Of a stretch of DNA of 64,000 bases, positions 25,700-35,800 are shown piece after piece. This DNA is from Mustelus asterias (taxonomy: Eukaryota): assembly GCF_964213995.1 (NCBI RefSeq), contig NC_135815.1, positions 2,418,001-2,482,000 on the forward strand, written 5' to 3'. A program made the position numbers and the translations under genes. Each line of letters opens with the position of its first letter. Positions within the stretch are counted from its first letter, which is position 1. The notes under the pieces were generated by a model, which worked only from the letters and a program-made list of their open reading frames with translations, was not told the origin of the DNA and did no database searches.

Positions 25700-26756
25700 G
25701 CCATAGGAGACAGAGGGTAGTGGTCGAAGGGTCTTTTTCCGGCTGGAGGTCTGTGACCAGTGGTGTTCCGCAGGGCTCTGTACTGGGACCTCTGCTATTT
25801 GTGATATATATAAATGATTTGGAAGAAGGTGTAACTGGTGTAATCAGCAAGTTTGCGGATGACACGAAAATGGCTGGACTTGCGGATAGCGAAGAGCATT
25901 GTCGGGCAATACAGCAGGATATAGATCGGCTGGAAAATTGGGCGGAGAGGTGGCAGGTGGAGTTTAATCTGGATAAATGCGAAGTGATGCATTTTGGAAG
26001 AAATAATGTAGGGAGGAGTTATACAATAAATGGCAGAGTCATCAGGAGTATAGAAACACAGAGGGACCTAGGTGTGCAAGTCCACAAATCCTTGAAGGTG
26101 GCAACACAGGTGGAGAAGATGGTGAAGAAGGCATATGGTATGCTTGCATTTATAGGACGGGGTATAGAGTATAAAAGCTGGAGTCTGACGATGCAGCTGT
26201 ATAGAACGCTGGTTAGGCCACATTTGGAGTACTGCGTCCAGTTCTGGTCGCCGCACTACCAGAAGGACGTGGAGGCGTTAGAGAGAGTGCAGAGAAGGTT
26301 TACCAGGATGTTGCCTGGTATGGAGGGTCTTAGCTATGAGGAGAGATTGGGTAAACTGGGGTTGTTCTCCCTGGAAAGACGGAGAATGAGGGGTGATCTA
26401 ATAGAGGTGTACAAGATTATGAAGGGGATAGATAGGGTGAATGGTGGGAAGCTTTTTCCCAGATCAGAAGTGACGTTCACGAGGGGTCATGGGCTCAAGG
26501 TGAGAGGGGCGAAGAATAACTCAGATATTAGAGGGATGTTTTTTACACAGAGGGTGGTGGGGGCCTGGAATGCGCTGCCAAGTAGGGTGGTGGAGGCAGG
26601 CACGCTGACATCGTGACTTACCTGGATAGTCACATGAGCAGCCTGGGAATGGAGGGATACAAACGATTGGTCTAGTTGGACCAAGGAGCGGCACAGGCTT
26701 GGAGGGCCGAAGGGCCTGTTTCCTGTGCTGTACTGTTCTTTGTCCTTTGTTCTTTG
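25700..26756 (+). mobile_element. 5'-truncated CR1 'K' inserted antisense into J
   Basis: RT ORF 25720-26616, tail ...gttctttg, then J resumes (acagagccagttttg). Confidence 0.85.
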
Positions 26757-27158
26757 ACAGAGCCAGTTTTGTATCCACCTTGCCAGCTCACCTCTGATCC
26801 CATGCGACTTCACCTTCTGCACCAGTCTGCCATGAGGGACCTTGTCAAAGGCCTTACTGAAGTCCATGTAGACAACATCCACTGCCCTACCCTCATCAAT
26901 CATCTTCATCACTTCCTCAAAGAATTTGATCAAATTAGTGAGACATGACCTCACCTTCACAAAACATGTTGCCTCTCGCGAATACGTTCACTTATTTCCA
27001 AGTGGGACTAAATCCTGTCTCGAAGAATCCTCTCCAATAATTTCCCTACCACTGATGTAAGGCTCACTGGCCTGTAATTACCTGGATTATTCTTGTTACC
27101 CTTCTTAAACAAAGGAACAACATTGGTTATTCTCCAATCCTCTGGGACCTCCCCTGTA

Positions 27159-27374
27159 CAGTAAGAAGTCTCACAACACCAGGTTAAAGTCCAACAGGTT
27201 TATTTGGTAACACAAGCTTTCGGAGTCTCGCTCCTTCTTCAGGTGAGACTCACCTGAAGGAGGAGCGATAGTCCGAAAGCTTGTGCTACCAAATAAACCT
27301 TTTGGACTTTAACCTGGTGTTGTGAGACTTCTTACTGTGCTTATCCCAGTCCAACGCCGGCATCTCCACATCAT
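27159..27374. mobile_element. Palindromic mini Penelope-derived insertion (216 bp)
   Basis: 13-bp TSD GACCTCCCCTGTA (27146-27158, 27375-27387); two inverted pLTR ends centred on caggtgagactcacctg, each with a degenerate hammerhead core. Confidence 0.85.
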
Positions 27375-29229
27375 GACCTCCCCTGTAGCCAGTGAGGGTA
27401 CAAAGATTTCTCTCAATTTCCTCCCTTGCCTCTCTCAGTACTTTGGGGTATATCCTATCAGGCACTGGGGACTTGTCTACCTTAATGTTTCTCAAGAATC
27501 CCAATATCTCCACCTTTTTGATCTCAACATGACTCAAACTATCTACACACCCTTTCCCAGATTCCTCGTCCACCCAGTCCTTCTCTTTGGTGAATACTGA
27601 CCCAAAGTACTCATTTAATACCTCACCCATTTCCTCTGGCTCCATGGATAGATTCCCTCCCTTGTCTTTGAGTAGGCCAACCCTCTACCTGGCTACCCTC
27701 TTTCTCTTTATATATGTATGAAAAGCCTTGGGATTTTTCTTAATCCTGCTGGCCAATTATTTTTCGTGACCTCTTTTAGCCCTCCTTACTCCTTGCTTAA
27801 GTTTCTTTCTACTTTCCTTGTATTCCACACTTGCTTCGTGTGTTCCCAGCCTCCTGGCCTTGACAAATGCTTCCCTTTTCTCTTTGACTCGGCTCACAAT
27901 ATCTCTCGTTATACAAGGTTCCCAAAACTTGCCATACTTATCTTTCATCCTTACAGGAATGTGTCGGTCCTGAGTCCCTATCAACTTCTACTTGAAATTC
28001 GCCCACATGCCAGATGTTGATTTGCCCTCAAACATCTGCCCCCAATCTACATTCTTCAGTTCCTGCCTAATATTGTTGGAATTAGCCTTCCCCCAGTTTA
28101 GCACCTTCACTTGAGGACTATACTTTTTTTCATCCAACGGTAAAGCTTACTGAATTGTGGCCACTGTTTCTGAACTGCTCCCCTACTGAAACATCGACCA
28201 CCTGGCTGGGCTCATTCCCCAACACCAGGTCCAGTATGGCCCCTTCCCTAGTTGGACTATCTACATATTGTTTCAAGAAGCCCTCTTGGATGCTCTGCCT
28301 CATCCACGCCCCTAGCACTAAGTGAGTCCCAGTCAATATAGGGGAAGTTAAAATCTCCCACCACAATAACCCTGTTACTTTTACACCTTGCCAAATCTGC
28401 CTACATATCTGTTCCTCAATCTCCCGCTGGCTTTTGGTGGCCTATAGTAAATCCCCAACATTGTGACTACACCTTTCCTATTCCTGAGCTCTACCTACAT
28501 TACCTCGCTGTATGAGCCCTCCGAGGTGTCCCCCCAGAGTACAGCTGTGATATTCTCCTTAACCAGTAGTGCAACTCCCCCACCCCTTTTACATCCACCT
28601 CTATTCTGCCTGAAACATCTGTACCTTGAATGTTAAGCTGCCAATCCTGTCCTCCCCTTAACCAAGTCTCTGTAATGGTAACAACATCATAGTTCCAAGT
28701 ACTAATCCAAGCTCTAAGTTCACCTGCCTTACCTGTTACACTTCTCACATTGAAACAAATGCACTTCAGTCCACCAGACCCTCTGATTAGCAATCCCACC
28801 CTGCCTGCTGTTTCTCTGAGTCTTACTGGTTCTACTCTCTGGTTCTCCTTCAGTTAATTCACCTTTGTTTTAGATCCCACCCCCCTGCCAAACTAGTTTA
28901 AATCCTCCTGTGTGACACTAGCAAACCTCCCAGCTAGAATATTTATGCCTTTCCAGTTTAGATGCAACCTGTCCTTCTTGTACAGGTCCCACCTTCCCCT
29001 GAAGAGATCCCAATGGTCCAGATATCTGAAACCCTCCCTCCTACACCAGCTGTTTAGCCACGTGTTGAGCTGCACTATCTTCCTATTTCTAGCCTCACTG
29101 GCACGTGGAACAGGGAGTAATCCTGAGATTACAACCATTGATTTCTTTAATTCACTGATTTCTTTATCCTATTGATTTCTTTAAAACTGATCCAGTCCCA
29201 TCTTGTCCCCCGGACCCCCCCGCCACCCC

Positions 29230-29551
29230 CCCACCAGCCCATTCGGGATGACTGCCACATTCCTACACTCTGTACCTGTGTTCTGCCATTTACACATTCC
29301 AGTCTCTGAATGGACACCATTATCACCATTCTCAGCCTTTATCATCACCATTTACATTCCTTTTCCCTATCTGTCTATGCTATTCTTATTTACAGCCCCC
29401 GCCGCCCCCAACAGTCTAAATCCTGTCTGATTTTATTTGTCTTCAGCTCTGACGAAGGGTCATCCAGACTCGAAACATTGGCTCTATTCTCTCTCCACCA
29501 GATGCTGTCAGACCTGCTAATATTTTCTATCGTTTTGTGTTTTTGTTCCAG
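29230..29551 (+). mobile_element. 3' end of a second Penelope-like/retroposon family with a degenerate hammerhead motif (29445-29483), abutting V1
   Basis: AGCT-CTGACGA-A-GGGTC-ATCCA-GACTC-GAA-ACAT-T-GGCT followed by a pyrimidine-rich tail. Confidence 0.6.
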
Positions 29552-29887
29552 TCCTTACCCAGTCTCCGAGTGTGGAACGTGTCACAGAGGGTCAGACTGC
29601 ACGGTTACAGTGCACCATGGGGAACGCTGCAGTGACAGACACTGATGTTTACTGGCACCGGGAGCGACCTGGGAAAGATCGGGAGAGAGTTTTAACACAT
29701 TATACAAGGAATAACATACACCGGAGCCCAGGTTTCACTGAGCGTTTCCAGCCTTCCACAGACACCTCCAATAACAGCTTCATTCTGACAATCACCATGG
29801 TGCAGCCCAGTGACACTGCCGTCTATTACTGCTCAGTGTGGGAAGGAACCTGGGTCTGGGGGAAAGGAAGCCGGCTGAATGTAACCA
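29552..29887 (+). CDS. Ig V-set exon 1 (V1), pre-joined VJ domain
   Basis: LTQSPSVERVTEGQTARLQC...DVYWHRERPG...RFQPSTDTSNNSFILTITMVQPSDTAVYYCSVWEGTWVWGKGSRLNVT: B-strand Cys, C-strand Trp, DxAxYYC and J-type WGxG-x-x-L-x-V. Donor GTGAGT at 29888 (phase 1). Acceptor ttttgttccag ends at 29551. Confidence 0.85.
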
Positions 29888-32800
29888 GTGAGTAAAGTTT
29901 CATTCCAATAATCCACAGCAATAACCTCTTCCAGATGAGTGAGTTGGAGGTGAGTTTGTGATGATGAGGAGCTGGGAGTGATGTCAAGTGATCTTACTGA
30001 TGGATTCACTGTGGGGAAGAAGCTGAGCTCAGGTTCAGCAACTCCCCAAAGTTCCACATCTCGGGCTTCATCCTGACGGGGTGTCTGGGGGGATTAGTGC
30101 CGTGAGGCTGTTCACTAAGCTGCAGAAGAAGCTTTCTCTTCGCCGAACCCTCATGTCGGGCAGGGATCCGGAGGGAGAGGAAAGAGCCTTGGGATGGATG
30201 GAGGAGGTGGAGAGACACAGCTGAGTGACGGTGGAGATGGAGATGTTGAGCAGGTTTCTGAGGGTGAAATGATGAGGAGGAGGAAGCCACGGATGGTGCC
30301 TTGGGGACACAGCAGAGATGATCATTCAGACACTGGGGGAGACACCAGTGGTGCTGATATAATATTAATGATGTGAGCAGCAGGAGGGGCAGTGTGGGAG
30401 AGCGGTGCCAGGAGCTGGAATGTGCATCAGAAACTTTCAAACAGGAATGTGTGCTCAGTGGTGTAGAAAGGAGAGCAGAGGTGAAAGATTCTGAGGAGGG
30501 ATAGACAGTGGACATCACAATCACACAGATATCACTCATCATCTTTATCTGTGAAGTTGTGGTTGGAGTGAATTCTGATTGCAGGGTCAGGAACAGGGAG
30601 TGGGCAGGAGGGGGGTCTCGGGATGTGGTGGTGCAGTGATATTGTCACTGGACTAGTAATCCAGAAACCCAGGGTAATGCTCTGGGGACTTGTGTTCGAA
30701 TCCCACCACGGCAGATGGTGAAGATTGAATTCAGTAAAAATATGGAAGAAAACTTTTAATAGTGACCATGAAACCATCATTAATAGTTGCAAAAACCCAT
30801 CTGATTCATTAATATCCCTCAGGGAAGGAGGTCTGCCGTCCTTACCTGGCCTGGTTCTACATGAGACTTCAGACCCCCAGATTACAGGAGGAAAGGGTCA
30901 GGAGGATGGATGGTCTTTATTGTGGAGACAAAGAAATCCATCTGTTCCTTAGAATTATGATGATACTGTGCCTTTAAGAAATGTATTTGTGTCATGTTTC
31001 TTGTGAGGGGACTATGTTACACTTCAGCTCTGATTACGGTGCCGATTGTCTGCAACTGCCGAAAATGCAGATGAAAAGTTCCTCCGAATTATTGGGGTGT
31101 TTGTTTTACCTGAGTGAATGCATTTTTGCTATTTTTAGGGTTGCCCACTGGGATTTTCAGTTATATAGTTAAACTGTGTTATTAAATAAGGTTTGTTTTG
31201 ATAAAGGCTTCCCAGTGGGTCAATAGAATCACACCTGGAGTGAAACACCTTTAAGAGGTGTAGTTTGATCAAGTTTCTCTGCAGGATGTTTCTCGCATGC
31301 CCTGGAATTTTGTTGGCACCGTGTTGTCTGTGACTGGTGTCCGTTATTGTTGCTGAAGCAGTATAATTGAAGCAATGTTTATTTTCATCTGGACTAAAGC
31401 AGTGTCCTCTGGTTTTAATGTGTGCCCTGGGATTGCTGAGTGGAGCTTGATTGGATAGGATTGACAGCTTCAGTCATGTGACTACAGACAGCTATTTTCC
31501 ACAGAGCAATCGAGTTTTAGTTTTGATTTGAGCTGCTGCCAGAAGCTGATGGGAGCAGGCAGTGTTTCTGTCTCTCTCTCTCTCCTGAGACTTTCTCAAT
31601 GTTCCAAGACTGGACAGCCTCCGAGATTTAATCCAACATTCAAAAGACCAATTCACATCGCTGTTCAAAATCTGCAAATGCAGCATCACATGAGCATACT
31701 TGCTTCAGTGCTAACTTCATCTGAAGCATGGTGTGTGTCTATGGGGTTGCTTTACATTGCATCAACAGAGGGAGCTAACTGTTAAGGATTAAACTGTTTC
31801 ATCTTTAATTCTTGTTAGTGGTAAAAGTTATGCTAATTTTTATTATTATATGTTAACTGTTTTTAAATAACCTTTCTTTGATAAAAGCTTCCAAGTGGGT
31901 CACTTGAATCATACCTGGAGTAAAACACCTTAGACTCACCCTAAAGCCAAAATCAAATGTGAAACTTAGGGTCTGGGCTAACTTCACAGAACACCTTGGA
32001 GTCTCTGGCCTGGGTTTTACCACACTTTATCCTCACACTAATGCCAAAATTAAAAACAGTTCGGGTCCAACTAACTTCATTTGTACCTTGGAGTTTTTGC
32101 GATGATCCCTAACAGAATTGGTGTGTGAAATGAGCGTGGGGGGTGTGGGGAGGTGTGGGGAGGTGGGGGGAGGTGGCAGGGAGGGGGGTGGGTAGGGGGG
32201 TGCAGATGGTTAGTGGTGGAGAGGAGCAGTTTGAATATGTTCCTCGTCTCCAGGTTTAACTGAGAGCCGGAAGAGGATTTGTTTTTGAAAAGGGAACATT
32301 GCAGCATTCTGTGTTTGAGGCACATTTAACCAGAAACATCTGGGCAGGTTACTCACCAACTGTTCCAGCTTCTGCCCTGTGAGACCATGGGGGTGACAGT
32401 GAGCGTGGGGATGGAGAATTATTTGTGATAATTGGGGGAGAATGCTGAAGATAACTGAAACTTTAACCAGGGGATTGGCAGATATTAATATCATTCTTCA
32501 CATAATGGAGTCTCAAATTGGGGAAGTCTTGCTGCAGTTTCACAGTGAATTAGTGGGACTGTAACTGGAGAATGGGTACAGCTTTAGCCCTCCTCCCTAA
32601 GGGGGGATATACTTGTAACAGAGGAAGTTCTGAGAAGGTTCATTACACTGATTCCTGGGATGATGAGTTGTTTGATGAGGAAAGGTTGAGAAGATTGGTC
32701 TGAGACTCAGTGGAGTTTTGAAGAATGAGGTTATCTTATTGGGATGTGTGTGATTCCTGAGGGGACTTGATGGAGTAGATACTGAGAGGGTGTTTCTCCT

Positions 32801-35800
32801 CTTGGAGGAATCTCAAACTAGGCAACGCTGTTTAAATTTAAGGAATTAAGATTGAAATGAGGAGTAATTTCTTCCCTCAGAGTCGTGAACCTTTGGAGTG
32901 CTGATTCCAGACAGCAGTGGGATTTGGGTCATTGAATATATTCAGGGCGGGGCTGCAGGAAGGGATTTCTTCTCCAGGAATCGAGAGTTTGGGGAAGCTG
33001 GCAAGAAAGCTGGGCTTAGTTAACAATCAGACCTCCCATCATTGTCTTGAATCATGGACAGGCTCGAGGGGCCAAATGGCCTCATACTGTTCCCATTTCT
33101 TATGTTCTTTTATGACCATGGGTGCAAGGCCAGTGTCAGGGAGGTTGGATGGTGAGGTGACAGAGTTCAAGTTGCCAGACCTTTGAAGGATATATATGAG
33201 TTAATGAGATGAATAATAGAATGAGGATGTAATGAGAAAGATCCCTGTTTGTGATCAATGTGAAGCAGCAGATATTGGAAAGGTCACACAGTTGCTTCCG
33301 TTATAGTCGGTGTGTGTGTAACATTAATCTACCCTGTCAGTGAGGAAACTGATAGGATTGGGTACAATGTTGTTCACACACCCACTCACCATCCTCGGTT
33401 TTACTTTCTGTTCTATAAGAAGCAATACTGGCTGGGTGTGAAATCTGAATTCCACCTATTCCTGTTTGTTTTCCACCCAAACATTCACATTCCAACTGTC
33501 CCCATTCACCCTTTATTCTCCCCACAGATGCTGCCAAAAACCTCTGCGTATTTCAAGAATTTCCAGAGTCATTTTGTTCAGATTTCCAGAATCGACATTA
33601 TTTTATATTTTATATCCACAGGCCAAGCTGGGATTGGGGAAATGTTTCTGCCACCGTTCAGTGGTTTTGGGAATGGGAATATGGCAGTTACGATGTCCTG
33701 GGAGGAAAGGAATATGATTTTTCCCAATATTACTATGGGATACGGTGAAGCAGGTTTCGGGGGCTGTGTGTGTGTTTGTGTGTGTGCAACTAATTTAATT
33801 GAACTGAAGACAGTTAGACTGAACAGTTTAACTCATCAAAAGGGTTCGGTATAAACGCAAGTTTTTGGAATGGAGATGATCAAAGCTGAGAGAGGATAAG
33901 TACGGGGGCGATTCTCCCATTGCAAACCGCAACTTTTCTGACGGGTCGGGTGGGGAGATGCGCGTGTCGGCCATTTAGCGGGTTCCCCGCAAACATTTAC
34001 GACCCGCGCGCATCTCCCAACTGGACAATAATGGTGCCGCTGGAACCACGCAGAAAACCGGCGGGAAGAGAGATAAGTGATTGAAATCTGATTTTAATGT
34101 ATATATTAAACCAAAGGTGATCCAAGGTGAACTATCAAGATGGGTACAGAACTGGCTTGGCCATAGAAGACAGAGGGTAGCAGTGGAGGGGTCTTTTTCT
34201 GATTGGGGTTCGTGACTAGTGGTGTTCCGTAGGGCTCTGTACTGGGACCTCTGCTGTTTGTGATATATATAAATGATTTGGAAGAAGATGTAGCTGGTGT
34301 GATCAGTAAGTTTGCGGACGACACAAAGATTGCTGGAGTTGCGGATAGTGATGAACATTGTCAGAGAATGCAGCAGGATATAGATAGGCTGGAAAGTTGG
34401 GCGGAGAAATGGCAGATAGAATTTAATCCAGATAAATGCAAAGTGATGCATTTTGATAGATCTAATAGATGGGGGAGCTATACAATAAATGGCAGAACCA
34501 TCAGGAGCATAGACACACAGAGGGATGTGGGTGTGCAAGTCCACAGATCCTTAAAGGTGGCAGCCCCGATAAAAAGGTGGTGAAGAAGGCATATGGCATG
34601 CTTGCCTTTATTGGACAGGGAATAGAGTATAAAAGTTGGCATATGATGTTGCGGTTAGATAGAACGTTGGTTAAGCCACATTTGGAATACTGCGTCCAGT
34701 TCTGGCCGCCACACTACCAGAAGGACGTGGAGGTTTTGGAGAGAGTGCAGAAAAGGTTTACCAGGATGTTGCCTGGTATGGAGGGTATTAGCTATGGGGT
34801 GAGATTGAGTAAACTAGGGTTGTTCTCCCTGGAAAGACGGAGGTTGAGGGGCAACCTAATAGAAGTTGATAAAATTATGAAGGGCATAGGTAGGGTGAAC
34901 AGCTGGAAGCTTTTTCCCAGGTCAGAAATGACAAACACAAGGGGTCACAAGTTCAAGGTGAGGGGGGCAAGGTTCAATACAGATATGCGGGGGACGTATT
35001 TTACACAGAGGGTGGTGGGGGCCTGGAATGCACTACCAAGCAAGGTGGTTGAGGCAGACGCGCTCGGATCATTTAAGACTTATCTAGATAGCCACATGAG
35101 CAGACTGGGAATAGAGGGATACAAACGGATGGTCTAGTTAGGAACACATGATCGGTGCAGGCTTGGAGGGCCGAAGGTCCTGTTCCTGAGCTGTATTGTT
35201 CTTTGTTTCTTTGTTTGTTTCTTTGTATTTTAAATCTAGTTTGCATCTCCCATCCCGCCAGGAGGATGTCATTCGGCGGGGTTTAGAGTAGCTCCCCTTG
35301 TTCGGGGAACCAGTGGGAGACCCCGCCGGAGTGAAGGGGTGGCAATTGGGTCCCCCCCAGGGGTCTGGGCAAAAGGGGGGTGGTGCCCCCTGGGCATGGG
35401 CACGTTGGCACTACCCAGCAGGCATCATGCAATGTCAAGGGGGTGGGGTCCATTGTGGGAGGGGCCAAGGCAGTGACTGGTGGGGTTGGGGGGTTCCACT
35501 GCCACTCTGCATTGAGATTGGTCTGGGCTGGAGGGAGGCCAGCGATTGGGGCGGGCTGAGAGGGGTGGACTGCTCAGGGGGCCCTGCCTCCCTGGGGGGG
35601 GCTGCCTCCTGGGATGGGGGGTCTGACCCCAGGGGGGGGTTTCAGCAGGGGGGTGGGGTCTGCCTCCTGTCAGGAGGTCAGGGGGGAGTCTGCTGGGGTG
35701 AGTGGAGTGGGGGGATCACCACTGCTGTGTACGGGGGGCTGGGCATTGGGGTGCTCCAGGACGGGGTCGGGGGGGGGGGGTGGTAAGGGCTGGCCCAGGA

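Larger units (their letters stand above)
24640..29137 (-). mobile_element. Degraded CR1 'J' (RT, endonuclease and end of ORF1), interrupted by CR1 'K' and a mini-Penelope
   Basis: Collinear ORF fragments 24908-25216, 25417-25704, 26756-26960, 27400-28799, 28893-29138. Confidence 0.85.

Noticed and set aside
33367-33441. Possible signal-peptide exon MLFTHPLTILGFTFCSIRSNTGW between V1 and V2
   Set aside because: Weak hydrophobic core, and the GT donor at its end (TGG|GTGTGA) is phase 0, incompatible with the phase-1 V2 acceptor. Not supportable without transcripts.
33312-33854. 180-aa ORF with an acceptor-like site at about 33621
   Set aside because: No recognisable domain in any frame, and no donor that fits the receptor model.
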